Origin: Ferroacidibacillus organovorans
Lineage (GTDB): Bacteria > Bacillota > Bacilli > Alicyclobacillales > SLC66
DNA: 57,803 nt
NCBI RefSeq assembly: GCF_001642725.1
Contig: NZ_LSUQ01000004.1
Span: 62,001-119,803 of the forward strand
Direction of reading: 5' to 3'
The translations under genes were made by a program, and so were the position numbers. Shown here in pieces: positions 10,123 through 20,417 of the stretch. Position 1 is the first letter of the stretch, and each line of letters starts with the position of its first letter. Below the pieces are notes generated by a model. It made no database searches. It had not been told where the DNA came from and was given only the letters and a program-made list of their open reading frames with translations.

Positions 10123-11142
10123 ATGGCCGATGTACAAACTGTGGAACAGGGAAAAATAGCTGCCGACAAAGAGAAGATGCCGCTGCTTGTCGTGCGCGAT
10201 TTAAAGAAACACTTCCCAATCAAGCGAGGCCTTATTCAGCGCACGGTTGGTCACGTTCGCGCGGTGGACGGCGTGAGCTTGAGCGTGGATACAGGTGAAA
10301 CGTTCGGTTTGGTCGGCGAGAGCGGTTGCGGCAAATCGACGACAGGACGCTCGATTCTGCGTCTAATTGAACCGACTGCTGGAGAAATTCTCTTTGAAGG
10401 TCGCGACATTCGCAAGATGGGCTCGGCGGAAATGCGGCGAATGCGCCGCAAGATGCAGATCGTTTTTCAGGACCCCTACGCGTCACTCAATCCACGCTAT
10501 ACGGTGCGCCAGGTGCTCGAAGAACCGATGCTGATTCACAACCTCTTTTCGACTGCGGCGGAGCGCAAAAAACGCGCCAGTCAACTGATGGAAATCGTCG
10601 GGCTGTCCCCCTCGCGTTTGGATCGCTATCCGCACGAGTTTTCAGGCGGCCAGCGTCAGCGCATCGGAATCGCGCGGGCGCTCGCGGTGGACCCGAAATT
10701 GATCATCGCGGACGAGCCGGTCTCGGCGCTTGACGTTTCAGTGCAGTCGCAGGTGCTGAACCTGCTTGATGACCTGCAAAAAGAGTTGGGGCTTGCCTAT
10801 GTGTTTATCGCGCACGATCTGAGTGTCGTAAAACACATCAGCGATCGCATCGGTGTCATGTATCTCGGGCGCATGGTGGAGCTGTCACCGGCTGACGCGC
10901 TCTATTCGGAACCGTTGCACCCATACTCACAGGCGCTGCTCTCAGCGGTGCCAGTTCCTGACCCGGAGGCGAAACGTGATCGGATTATCTTGCAAGGGGA
11001 TCTCCCGAGCCCCTCAAAGCCTCCTACAGGTTGCCCGTTTCACCCGCGGTGTAAAGACGCGAAAGACATTTGCAAAACGGTGGTTCCAACGTGGGAAGAG
11101 ATTCGCCCCGACCACTTTGTCGCTTGTCATCTGTACTCCTAA
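10123..11142 (+). CDS. oppF: Oligopeptide/dipeptide ABC transporter ATP-binding protein (OppF/AppF type)
   Basis: [46 protein letters not shown] 10123 after AAAGGAGG. Confidence 0.9.
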   Translation: MADVQTVEQGKIAADKEKMPLLVVRDLKKHFPIKRGLIQRTVGHVRAVDGVSLSVDTGETFGLVGESGCGKSTTGRSILRLIEPTAGEILFEGRDIRKMGSAEMRRMRRKMQIVFQDPYASLNPRYTVRQVLEEPMLIHNLFSTAAERKKRASQLMEIVGLSPSRLDRYPHEFSGGQRQRIGIARALAVDPKLIIADEPVSALDVSVQSQVLNLLDDLQKELGLAYVFIAHDLSVVKHISDRIGVMYLGRMVELSPADALYSEPLHPYSQALLSAVPVPDPEAKRDRIILQGDLPSPSKPPTGCPFHPRCKDAKDICKTVVPTWEEIRPDHFVACHLYS

Positions 11143-11166
11143 TTAGGACAGATTCAGAGAGGAGGA

Positions 11167-12084
11167 ATGATCGTGGCAACCGTGATGGAAACGCAAAATG
11201 GGATCAAGCAAACACTTGCTTATCCACAGAAAAAACCTGCTCCGCGCGTGTGGCGACTGTTAAAGGCATATCCTTTGGTCTTTCTGGGTGGAATTCTGGT
11301 GCTCGGACTTATCTTTGTCGCCGTATTTGCACCGCAGTTGCAACACTTTAATCCAAACCAGCAATTCCAGAATGGACTCTCCGCCATGGGCGGGCCATTG
11401 CCACCAAACTCCACCTTCGTGTTTGGAACAGACGATCTCGGTCGAGACATTTTTAGTCGCGTGTTGTTTGGCGCTCGCGTTTCGCTCGAAGTAGGCGTTT
11501 TTTCCAGCATCATCAGTCTGTTTATCGGTACGTCACTCGGCATCATCTCCGGCTATTTTGGGAAATTTGTAGATACGGTCATCATGCGTTTGACCGATAT
11601 CATGCTTGCTTTCCCACTGATTCTGTTTGTTGTGGCGCTCGTCGCGTCGCTTGGGCAGAGCATCACCAACCTGTTTATTGCAATCGGCGTTCTCGGGTGG
11701 GCGGTCACAGCGCGCGTTGTGCGCGCGCAGGTGCTCTCTGTGAAGGAGTATGAGTACGTACAGGCAGCCAAGGCGCTCGGCGCGTCTAACTGGCGAATCC
11801 TGACGAAAATCATCTTCCCGAACATCATTCCGCCAGTGATTGTCTTGACGACGCTTTCAATCGGCAATAACATGTTGCTAGAGTCGACACTCAGTTACCT
11901 CGGGATCGGTGTCGCTCCGCCGAATGCAAGTTGGGGCAACATGCTTGCGGAAGGCCAGCAGGTTTTCCAGTACGCGCCGTGGCTTCTTTATTACCCAGGG
12001 CTTGCACTTCTCTTAGCCGTTCTCGGCTTTAACCTCCTTGGGGATGGTCTGCGCGAAGCGTTTAATCCGCGCCGCGTCCGCTAA
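11167..12084 (+). CDS. oppC: Peptide ABC transporter permease (OppC type)
   Basis: FGTDDLGRD, EAA loop EYVQAAKALGAS, LSYLGIG, FNLLGDGLRE. Confidence 0.9.
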   Translation: MIVATVMETQNGIKQTLAYPQKKPAPRVWRLLKAYPLVFLGGILVLGLIFVAVFAPQLQHFNPNQQFQNGLSAMGGPLPPNSTFVFGTDDLGRDIFSRVLFGARVSLEVGVFSSIISLFIGTSLGIISGYFGKFVDTVIMRLTDIMLAFPLILFVVALVASLGQSITNLFIAIGVLGWAVTARVVRAQVLSVKEYEYVQAAKALGASNWRILTKIIFPNIIPPVIVLTTLSIGNNMLLESTLSYLGIGVAPPNASWGNMLAEGQQVFQYAPWLLYYPGLALLLAVLGFNLLGDGLREAFNPRRVR

Positions 12085-12131
12085 GGAGATAGAGCAAATC
12101 GCTAGGCAATCATCATAGAGGGGGAACACGC

Positions 12132-13820
12132 ATGAAGATAAATAAAAAGACGCGCCTGCTGGGTGTCGTCGCATCGGTTACACTGCTCGGCGCGGCACTC
12201 GCTGGCTGCAGCACACAACCGTCTGCAACATCGCAAGCGCCTACCACACCTACCGCTCCTGCGACAACGGGCGCACAACCGGTCTACGGCGGAACGCTAA
12301 ACCTTGATTTGGCGGGCGCTTTCCCACACCTTGACCCAGTCAAGGCGTACGATACGACCTCGTATGAGGCGGTACTTCAGTTTTACAATCAGCTCGTGAC
12401 GTACAAAGGCGCGACGAATACGATTATTCCGAGCTTGGCTTCGCGCTACACGATCAGCCCGAACGGTAAAGTGTATACCTTTTACTTAGCGAATGCGAAG
12501 TTCTGGAATGGTCACCCGGTGACAGCGCAGAGCTTTATCACCGAGTTTGAGCGCGTGTTGAACCCTGTGAACAGCAGCGGCGGCCAAGGGTTTATCGATC
12601 CGTTCATCGCAGGCTCGAACGCGTACTACAGCGGTCACGCCAAGACGATCTCTGGACTGAAATCGCTCAACGGCGGCAAGACGCTCCAAATCACTTTGAC
12701 CCAGCGTGATCCAGTCTTCTTGTATGTGCTCGCGATGCCGTTTTTCTCGGCAGTCGATCCGACCTATATCGCGGGGCACAGCGAGTCGTACATCGATCAC
12801 AACCCAATGGGTACAGGTCCGTTCTATCTTGCGAGCTATCAACCGAACCAACAGTGGGTACTCAAGAAGAACCCGCACTATTTCCAAAAGGGTATCCCTT
12901 ATCTGAATGAGATTGTGTTTACAAACAACTCGTCTCCTTCGGCGGAACTTCTGCACTACAAGCAAGGCTTGACGGGGCTACTCGGCTACAACATCGGCGG
13001 TAACGGCATTCCGTCGCAAGACTATTTGCCGATTGTCATGAGCCCGACGTACAGCAAGCAGGTGTACAAAGTGGTTCAGGTGGCGACTCAGTATATCGGC
13101 CTTAACAACAAGGTCGGCCCGACGGCAAACGTAAAAGTCCGTCGCGCGCTCGAGTACGCGATCAACAAGAACTACCTTGTCAAAGTTTTGGGTGGACGCG
13201 CACTCCCGGCGAACCAGATCATCCCGCCGAGCATGCCTTCTGGCTATGAGGCGAAACTGCCGGCGAATGCGACGTATTCGTACAATCCGGCGCTCGCAAA
13301 GAAACTGCTCGCGCAAGCTGGCTACCCGCACGGCTTTACGACAACGATCTACTGTGACAACTCGAACCCAGACGATCTGCGGATCACTGAAGCGGTGCAG
13401 AGCATGTTGAAGGCAGTCGGCGTGACGGCGAACATTAATCAGTCGTCGTGGGGTACGTTCTTGACCAACAACGAGACGGGCAATCAGCCGATGTTTAACC
13501 TGGCGTGGGTTGAGGATTTCCCGGATCCGTCTGACTTCTTGAACACACTGTTCAATTCCAACCAACGACCGGTTAACAACTCGACGATGTACTCCAATCC
13601 GGCGGTTGACAAACTGCTAAACACTGCAGCAAACATGCCTGCGGGAACAGCGCGTGACAATCTCTACAAGCAAGCGCAAAACATCATCATGTCGCAAGCT
13701 GCGTGGATTCCATACGCGTATCCAGTCTTCACAGCGGCTGTCCAGCCTTGGCTGAAAGGGTACTATCTGAACCCAAATCAGGTCGATCCACTGCAATACG
13801 TTTGGATCGCGAAGCACTAA
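12132..13820 (+). CDS. oppA: Peptide ABC transporter substrate-binding lipoprotein (SBP family 5)
   Basis: Lipobox LAGC; family 5 motifs (LDPV, PSLA, YTFYL..KFWNGHPVTA, GTGPF, VRRALEYAIN). Confidence 0.9.
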   Translation: MKINKKTRLLGVVASVTLLGAALAGCSTQPSATSQAPTTPTAPATTGAQPVYGGTLNLDLAGAFPHLDPVKAYDTTSYEAVLQFYNQLVTYKGATNTIIPSLASRYTISPNGKVYTFYLANAKFWNGHPVTAQSFITEFERVLNPVNSSGGQGFIDPFIAGSNAYYSGHAKTISGLKSLNGGKTLQITLTQRDPVFLYVLAMPFFSAVDPTYIAGHSESYIDHNPMGTGPFYLASYQPNQQWVLKKNPHYFQKGIPYLNEIVFTNNSSPSAELLHYKQGLTGLLGYNIGGNGIPSQDYLPIVMSPTYSKQVYKVVQVATQYIGLNNKVGPTANVKVRRALEYAINKNYLVKVLGGRALPANQIIPPSMPSGYEAKLPANATYSYNPALAKKLLAQAGYPHGFTTTIYCDNSNPDDLRITEAVQSMLKAVGVTANINQSSWGTFLTNNETGNQPMFNLAWVEDFPDPSDFLNTLFNSNQRPVNNSTMYSNPAVDKLLNTAANMPAGTARDNLYKQAQNIIMSQAAWIPYAYPVFTAAVQPWLKGYYLNPNQVDPLQYVWIAKH

Positions 13821-13831
13821 GAGATTTTCAA

Positions 13832-13865
13832 CTGGGTTTCAGCGTCATCTGGCGCTGAAACCCAG
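13832..13865 (+). other. Intercistronic stem-loop after the substrate-binding gene
   Basis: CTGGGTTTCAGCGTCA-TC-TGGCGCTGAAACCCAG, long stem without a proper U-tract. Confidence 0.7.
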
Positions 13866-13888
13866 CCTTTAAGGGGGTAGGGATTGCC

Positions 13889-14806
13889 GTGATTTCGTAT
13901 ATCATTCGCCGTCTCGGTGGATCTGTGATTGTTCTTTTTGGGATCGCACTCATTACCTTTATCCTCGCATATGCCGTTCCGTCTGACCCTGCGCGCATGA
14001 TTCTCGGTCAGCATGCGACCCTTCAACAGGTGGACGCGCTGCGCAAGCAGATGGGGCTCGATGAACCCTTTATTCAGCAATTCGGAAACTATCTTATGAA
14101 TATCATACACGGCAATCTTGGCTTCTCCTTTCTTCAAAACTTGCCTGTCGCCACGTTGATTGGTCAGCGGCTCCCCGCAACCTTTCAACTCGCGCTAGTC
14201 GCGTGGTTGATGGAACTTATTATCGGATTGCCAATCGGCGTTTTTATGGCGCTTAAAGATCGCAAGATGACCGATCATGTGTTCAACCTGGTCAGTCTGA
14301 TCGGCATTAGCTTGCCAACGTTCTTTGTCGGCCTTGAACTGATGTATTGGGTCGCATATCGCGCCAATCTCTTTCCGGTGGGCGGCACAGGCGGACTATC
14401 GTTTGTCATTCTTCCTGGTCTCACGTACGGGATTACGGGCGCGGCTTATTATTCGCGACTGCTTAAATCGAGTATGGTGGACGTACTCAATTCTGACTAT
14501 ATTCGCACAGCGAGAGCGAAGGGCGCAGCGCCTCTTCGTGTGATCATGGGTCACGCGTTTCGCAACGCAATCATTCCGGTGATCACGTATGGCGCAACGG
14601 ATATTGGCGCACTGTTTGGTGGAATTGTCGTTATCGAAGATGTCTTCGGATACTCTGGGATTGGACAGATGGCGGTGCAGGCGATCAACAATCTTGACAC
14701 GCCTATCATCATGGGGACGGTGCTCTTCGCCGCTGTATTCGTCGTCGCGTTTAACTTTATTGTTGACTTGCTCTACGGACTGATTGATCCGCGCATCACG
14801 TATTGA
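13889..14806 (+). CDS. oppB: Peptide ABC transporter permease (OppB type)
   Basis: YIIRRL, PSDPA, GLDEP, DYIRTARAKG, HAFRNA, DLLYGLIDPRI. Confidence 0.9.
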   Translation: MISYIIRRLGGSVIVLFGIALITFILAYAVPSDPARMILGQHATLQQVDALRKQMGLDEPFIQQFGNYLMNIIHGNLGFSFLQNLPVATLIGQRLPATFQLALVAWLMELIIGLPIGVFMALKDRKMTDHVFNLVSLIGISLPTFFVGLELMYWVAYRANLFPVGGTGGLSFVILPGLTYGITGAAYYSRLLKSSMVDVLNSDYIRTARAKGAAPLRVIMGHAFRNAIIPVITYGATDIGALFGGIVVIEDVFGYSGIGQMAVQAINNLDTPIIMGTVLFAAVFVVAFNFIVDLLYGLIDPRITY

Positions 14807-14821
14807 GATTTGCGAGAAGAT

Positions 14822-14861
14822 AAAAGCCCCTTTGTGCAGCATCTGCACAAAGGGGCTTTTT
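14822..14861. terminator. Bidirectional intrinsic terminator between oppB and argS
   Basis: AAAAGCCCCTTTGTGCAG-CAT-CTGCACAAAGGGGCTTTTT. Confidence 0.9.
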
Positions 14862-14874
14862 GACGGGTGTGTGC

Positions 14875-16605
14875 CTAGATTTCGGAGGGGGCCTCGATGC
14901 CGAGCCATGTCATGGCGTGCAAGAGTGCGACGCGTACAGCGTCGGTCAACGCAAGGCGCATCGCCTTGAGCTCGCCGTCGGACGTGAGGATGGGGCAGTC
15001 GTGATAAAAGCGATTGAACGCCTGTGCGATATCGAGCGCGTGTTTTGCAACGAGTGAGGGATCGCGTTCCTCAATCGCGCGCACACGAATCGCCTCAATG
15101 CCTTGAAGTGTGAGTGTGAGATACCATGTGGCGTCGTCGACCGCATCTTCTGCGTGCGTATTTGGCAGAGATGTGACCCACCCTTCTACCGAGGGACCTG
15201 CTTGAAGCACACCTGCCTTGCGCAGAATCGAACACGTCCGCGCGTGTGCGTACTGGACGTAGGGACCCGTTTCGCCGTCAAACGCGAGTGCGGTGTCCAT
15301 CGTAAAATCAATGTCGTGAAGTCGGTACGTTTTAAGATCATTGAAGATCACGGCACCGACGCCTACCGCGCGAGCCACCGCGTCTGCATTTTGTAAGTGA
15401 GGATTTTTCTCTTCGATGATGGCGCGGGCGCGGGTGATCGCTTCATCTAAAACCTCTTGTAAACGAACGATCTGACCTTTTCGCGTCGACATTTTCTTTC
15501 CACCCATGCGCATCAAGCCAAACGCGATATGCTCACACGCGTCGGCAAACGTGTACCCCATTTTCCGAAGAACTGCGAACACCTGTTGAAAGTGCAGGCG
15601 CTGTTCGCCCCCGACGACATAGAGCAGGTGATCTGCGTGAAAATGACGGGCGCGATACAGTGCAGCCGCTAAGTCACGCGTTGGATAAAGCGTTGCTCCG
15701 TCTGAGCGACGAATCAGACACGGCGGCATGGTCTCCCCAAGCTGTACCACTTCGGCGCCGTCACTCTCTTCGAGCAATCCTTTTTCGCGCAATTCGTCGA
15801 CGACAGCGTCCATTTTGTCGTTGTAGAAGCTTTCACCCAAATTATAGTCAAACTTCGTGCCAAGCAGACGGTACGTTTTCTCAAACTCTTTCATACTCAC
15901 GTCAATCATGTAGCGCCAGAGCGTCAAATCTTCTTCGTTGCCATCTTCCAATCGTTTGAACGCGGCGCGTGCCGCGTCGTCAAGCTCGGGGCGCTCGTTT
16001 GCCTCCTCGTGAAACTGGACGTAGAGGCGATTCAATTCCGTGATCGGATTGGCACTGACCGTGGCTTCGTCCCCATAGGTGCGATACGCGACGATGATCT
16101 TGCCAAACTGCGTACCCCAATCGCCGAGGTGATTGATTCGCACCGTTTTGTATCCGGATGTTTCAAACAAGTTGGCGAGTGCTGTGCCAATTACCGTCGA
16201 GCGAAGATGTCCCATGGAAAAGGGTTTGGCGATGTTTGGCGAAGAGAGATCGATCGCCACCGTTTGTCCCGCGCCGCGCGCGTCTTGAAAGACAGTTTCG
16301 TTCGAGCGCAAATGCACGAGCGTATCGGTCGTGACCGTTTCACGTGTTAAGCGCACGTTGAGATAACCGCCCGTCGCCTCTGCGTGATGGACAATCGTAC
16401 ACGTCTGAAGATCTTGTGCGAGTGCTTGGGCGATCACGGGTGGCGCAAGACGCATCGTTTTTGCCAGTTTGAAGCAGGGAAGCGCAAGATCCCCGAGCGT
16501 TCGATCCGGCGGAACTTCCATTAAGTTTGCCAATTCTTCTGCGGTCCATCCTGTCTGCGCGACAAAATGGGACGCGATTTGAAGTTTGTAACGTTGCAAC
16601 ACCAT
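14875..16605 (-). CDS. argS: Arginine--tRNA ligase
   Basis: SSPNIAKPFSMGHLRST (HIGH region), NHLGDWGTQFG, KMSTRKG, GETGPYVQYAHAR; ATG 16605 follows GAGAGG. Confidence 0.97.
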   Translation of the reverse strand: MVLQRYKLQIASHFVAQTGWTAEELANLMEVPPDRTLGDLALPCFKLAKTMRLAPPVIAQALAQDLQTCTIVHHAEATGGYLNVRLTRETVTTDTLVHLRSNETVFQDARGAGQTVAIDLSSPNIAKPFSMGHLRSTVIGTALANLFETSGYKTVRINHLGDWGTQFGKIIVAYRTYGDEATVSANPITELNRLYVQFHEEANERPELDDAARAAFKRLEDGNEEDLTLWRYMIDVSMKEFEKTYRLLGTKFDYNLGESFYNDKMDAVVDELREKGLLEESDGAEVVQLGETMPPCLIRRSDGATLYPTRDLAAALYRARHFHADHLLYVVGGEQRLHFQQVFAVLRKMGYTFADACEHIAFGLMRMGGKKMSTRKGQIVRLQEVLDEAITRARAIIEEKNPHLQNADAVARAVGVGAVIFNDLKTYRLHDIDFTMDTALAFDGETGPYVQYAHARTCSILRKAGVLQAGPSVEGWVTSLPNTHAEDAVDDATWYLTLTLQGIEAIRVRAIEERDPSLVAKHALDIAQAFNRFYHDCPILTSDGELKAMRLALTDAVRVALLHAMTWLGIEAPSEI

Positions 16606-16639
16606 AACGTCCTCTCTACGTTCGACTGCACTTCCTGAC

Positions 16640-16669
16640 ATTATAACCGAGTCTTGACGGAGGCGGCAA
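16640..16669 (-). promoter_or_regulatory. Putative sigmaA promoter of argS
   Basis: Minus strand TTGCCG-18 bp-TATAAT. Confidence 0.55.
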
Positions 16670-16680
16670 TTTTCCCCTGT

Positions 16681-16710
16681 ATGACAGTCGACTTTTTGCT
16701 GTGCTATACT
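16681..16710 (+). promoter_or_regulatory. Putative sigmaA promoter of the TPR gene
   Basis: ATGACA-18 bp-TATACT with TG extended -10. Confidence 0.55.
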
Positions 16711-16756
16711 TAATTTCGTAGATCAACTCCCATCATGCCACTGAGGAGGTTGCTTC

Positions 16757-18442
16757 ATGGAAGGTCGGGAGAAGGGAAAAAAGATTGTGCCGTTTGCGGC
16801 AGATGCAGCGTTCTTCTTTGAGCGGGGTGTGCGGTTTCTTAACCGGCACGATTTATCGCGTGCGCTCAAATCGTTTCAGCGTGCCGTCGATTGTGAGCCG
16901 GGAAATGCGGTCAATCACTGTAATTTAGCAGGTGTGCTTTCCGAACTCGGCGATTTTGAAAAATCAAATGAGATTTTGCAAGGCGTGGTCGAATCGATCG
17001 CCCCGGATATGAGCGAGTGCTACTTTTATATGGCGAATAACTATGCCAATCTAGGACAATACGAGCTTGCAGAAGAGCATGTCGTCAAGTATCTGGAAGA
17101 GGATCCTTCGGGTGAGTTTGCACCTGATGCGGATGAGATGCTTGACGTATTGATCCACGAGTTTGGCGGCGGCGAAATCCTGCGCGAGCGACGACGCCAG
17201 CAGCACGAAACGACGCGGGAGAAAGACCTCGCGCGTACGCTTTTAGAAGAAGGAAAGTTTCACGAGGCGAGCGAACTGCTAGAACAGGAGATTAGCCGCC
17301 AGGATGACGCGATTGCTGCGCGCAATAATCTTGCGCTGGCGCGCTACTATCTGGGGCAAATGGATCGCGCGATTGCGCTCTGTGAAGAAGTGCTGGAGCG
17401 GGATCCTGCGAATGTTCACGCGCTGTGTAACCTGGTGGTTTTTTATCGGCATTGCGGCCAGGATGAAACGTATCACACACTGCTCGATTTTTTAAAGAAG
17501 CTTGTCCCGCTCCAGTTTGATCAAGGGTATAAACTCGCGACAACGCTCGGAATTCTCGGTGAGCATCAAGCAGCGTATCGGATCTTTTTGCAATTGATTC
17601 AATACGGAGATCGGCATGACCCGACGCTTTATTTTGCTCTCGCTGCGGCGAGTGCAAACCTCGGGCAAATCAAGCGCGCCAGGCAGTGGCTGCTTGAGGT
17701 GCAGGCGCTCGATCCGGAGACGGACATTGCAGACTACTACCTGCGCGAGATGGATCGCGTGGTCGATGCGCGCGGGAAGTTTTTTATGAGCTACACGTAC
17801 CAGCTTCCCTTTCACCTGCGCAACAGTGGAACGACTGGACTCATGCAACAAAAGGGCGCGACGCAGGTCGTTCATTGGGCGAAGGATCCAAGCGTTCGCT
17901 CGTCGCTCTATTTTGCGCTTTATCGCGGGCCATACTCGACGAAGCGTGAGGCACTTCAGGCGTTTGCAGTGCTTGGCGATCGCGAGACGACGCATATTTT
18001 AAAGGAGTTTGTCAAAGACACAGGCCAGTCCCAGGATATCATTTGGAATGGACTGTTCGTATTGCAACGGATGGGGATTCACGAAACGATCCCGGCCTAT
18101 CTCCAAGGGGCGCTACAGGACGTTAGCATTCCCATGCAGGATGAGCGACTTCTTATGTGGAACAAGTTACTGCTCTCGATCTTGAAGGATGTGCATCAAC
18201 AGATGGCGGCGCGCGATCAGGAACTGACACACGTTGCAACGGAACTCTGGCTGCGCTATGTGCAGGCGGTTTATACGGATCTCCCGCGCATCGTCAAACG
18301 AAGCGTCTGGTCGGCGGCGCTCGACTACGTGACGCGAAGATACTCTGGACGCACAGAGCCGCAGGCGGTTGTAGCGGCGCGTTACGAGGTCTCCGTCAAG
18401 GCGCTTTCAAAAGCTGCACACGCGATCATGATTACACTGTAA
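16757..18442 (+). CDS. Tetratricopeptide repeat protein (YvcD-like)
   Basis: Several TPR units (CEPGNAVNHCNLA, ARNNLALARYYLG, DPANVHALCNL); upstream of rapZ-yvcK-whiA-crh as in bacilli; RBS GAGGAGG. Confidence 0.85.
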   Translation: MEGREKGKKIVPFAADAAFFFERGVRFLNRHDLSRALKSFQRAVDCEPGNAVNHCNLAGVLSELGDFEKSNEILQGVVESIAPDMSECYFYMANNYANLGQYELAEEHVVKYLEEDPSGEFAPDADEMLDVLIHEFGGGEILRERRRQQHETTREKDLARTLLEEGKFHEASELLEQEISRQDDAIAARNNLALARYYLGQMDRAIALCEEVLERDPANVHALCNLVVFYRHCGQDETYHTLLDFLKKLVPLQFDQGYKLATTLGILGEHQAAYRIFLQLIQYGDRHDPTLYFALAAASANLGQIKRARQWLLEVQALDPETDIADYYLREMDRVVDARGKFFMSYTYQLPFHLRNSGTTGLMQQKGATQVVHWAKDPSVRSSLYFALYRGPYSTKREALQAFAVLGDRETTHILKEFVKDTGQSQDIIWNGLFVLQRMGIHETIPAYLQGALQDVSIPMQDERLLMWNKLLLSILKDVHQQMAARDQELTHVATELWLRYVQAVYTDLPRIVKRSVWSAALDYVTRRYSGRTEPQAVVAARYEVSVKALSKAAHAIMITL

Positions 18443-18507
18443 TTTGAACGCTCACGAGAAAAGGATTTGCGCGAGAATAATGGGAGTTGCGCGTGTGGGA
18501 GGCGAAC

Positions 18508-20403
18508 GTGGAAGACTTTTTTATTGTCGGCACAGCCGGCCACATCGATCACGGAAAAACGACGCTCGTCGCGGCGCTTACAGGTGTGGATACGGATCGA
18601 ATGAAAGAAGAGAAGGAGAGGGGCATCTCGATTGATCTGGGATTCGCCCCTTTTCGCTTGCCAAGTGGCAAGCGTATTGGGATTGTCGATGTGCCAGGAC
18701 ACGAGCGTTTCATCCGCAATATGTTGGCGGGAGCCGGCGGGATGGACGTAATTCTGCTCATCGTGGATGCGCGCGAAGGGGTAATGCCGCAAACGCGTGA
18801 ACACCTTGCGATTCTGAGCCTATTGTCTGTCACGGCGGGAATTGTCGTGTTTACAAAGAGAGACTTGGTGGATGAGGAGTGGCTGGAACTCGTTAAGGAA
18901 GAGACAGCGCGCGAATTAAAGGGAACGTTTCTTGAAGAATCCCCCTTTCTCGCAGTTTCTGCCAAAACGGGGGATGGCATCGACGCGTTAAAGCAGGCAA
19001 TCGAGGAGCAATTAAAGCGCGCCCATCCGAAACCACGGGATGGCGCGTTTCGCATGCCCTTGGATCAGATCTTTTCAGTGCCCGGCATCGGGACGGTGGT
19101 GACCGGGACGGTGTGGCGCGGAAGCGTCGCTGTGGGTGACACGCTCAGCGTTTACCCTGCGGGGGAGCGCGTGCGGGTGCGCAGTGTCGAAGTGCACGGG
19201 CAAGCAGTCGAGCGCGCCTTTGCGGGACAGCGGACGGCCGTCTCTTTAACGGGTGGAAAGCTAGAGCTGGAACGCGGGATGACCCTTGCTATTCACGACG
19301 GGTATGAAACGACACGTCTGCTCGACGTACGCATCCAGATGCTTAAAGACAGTGAACGTTCGCTCGAGCACAGACAGCGCGTTCGCGTCTACGCGGGGAC
19401 GGCCGAGATTCTCGGGCGGGTGCTCATGCTTGGCGTGCAGAATCTGCAAGCGGGTGAAGAGGGACTCGCGCAGCTTTTACTCGAACAGGATGCGGTTTTT
19501 GAGGCGCGCGATCATTTTGTCTTGCGCTCCTATTCGCCGATGCACACGATTGGCGGAGGGGTAATTATTGATCCACATCCGCCTCGACTGCACCGTCGCC
19601 ACAGTGAACTTGTGCGCGAGCGGTTGATTCGCAAAGAGCAGGGAAGCCCTGAGGAGCGTGTGCTCGAATCGCTATTTCAAAGACCGCTGGTGCAGGGGAT
19701 CGATGAGCTTTCAGCGACGCTTGGCCTCGGAAAAGCGGAGATTGAACAAGCGATCGATACGCTTCGTGGGGATGGGTTGCTCGTCACAAAAACGGGGTTT
19801 CTTTTGTCGCGAGCGTATCTTTTGGATTGTCTGACACACGCAAAACGTACGCTTGATACCTATTTTGAGCGAAACAAATACGATGTATTTGCGCCAAAAT
19901 CGCTCATCTTTCAGATGTTACGCGAGCGAGGTCTCGATACCCGCTCTGCAGAGGATGTGTTTCAACTCATGTGTGAGCAGGGCGCCTTTACGCTTTTGGG
20001 TGAGCGCATTCGCTCGGATCGTGAGGTTCCTTTACAGCCGTTTGAGCGGGAGATCTATGATCGAATCCTCGACACACTCCACACCTCGCTTTTCTCGCCA
20101 CCCGCGATTCAGGAACTTGAAGCACGCGAAAAAAACCGCGATCGCGTTGTTAAAAATATGATGCATCTTTTGGAACAAGAAGGTAAAATCAGCATCATCA
20201 GTCCGGATCTAGTATTGAGCGCCGAAGCACTGCGCGAGGCGGATCGTTTGGCGCGCGACCTGACTGTGGAGCACGGCTCTTTCACGATGGCTCAGTTTCG
20301 CGACGCCATTGGCAGTAGCCGGAAGTTTGCGCTGGCGATTTTGGAGTATTTTGATCGACAAAAGCGTACGAAGCGCACGGGTGATGTGCGGACGTACCTA
20401 TAA
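18508..20403 (+). CDS. selB: Selenocysteine-specific translation elongation factor
   Basis: GTAGHIDHGKT, EEKERGISIDLGFA, DVPGHERF, C-terminal winged helix FRDAIGSSRKFALAILEYFDRQKRTKRTGD; GTG 18508 after GGAGG. Confidence 0.95.
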   Translation: MEDFFIVGTAGHIDHGKTTLVAALTGVDTDRMKEEKERGISIDLGFAPFRLPSGKRIGIVDVPGHERFIRNMLAGAGGMDVILLIVDAREGVMPQTREHLAILSLLSVTAGIVVFTKRDLVDEEWLELVKEETARELKGTFLEESPFLAVSAKTGDGIDALKQAIEEQLKRAHPKPRDGAFRMPLDQIFSVPGIGTVVTGTVWRGSVAVGDTLSVYPAGERVRVRSVEVHGQAVERAFAGQRTAVSLTGGKLELERGMTLAIHDGYETTRLLDVRIQMLKDSERSLEHRQRVRVYAGTAEILGRVLMLGVQNLQAGEEGLAQLLLEQDAVFEARDHFVLRSYSPMHTIGGGVIIDPHPPRLHRRHSELVRERLIRKEQGSPEERVLESLFQRPLVQGIDELSATLGLGKAEIEQAIDTLRGDGLLVTKTGFLLSRAYLLDCLTHAKRTLDTYFERNKYDVFAPKSLIFQMLRERGLDTRSAEDVFQLMCEQGAFTLLGERIRSDREVPLQPFEREIYDRILDTLHTSLFSPPAIQELEAREKNRDRVVKNMMHLLEQEGKISIISPDLVLSAEALREADRLARDLTVEHGSFTMAQFRDAIGSSRKFALAILEYFDRQKRTKRTGDVRTYL

Positions 20404-20417
20404 TTGAAAATCCAAAA

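Noticed and set aside
16606..16680. T-box leader for argS, or start at 16641
   Set aside because: The predicted -10 is only about 35 nt from ATG 16605, leaving no room, and no T-box motif is seen.
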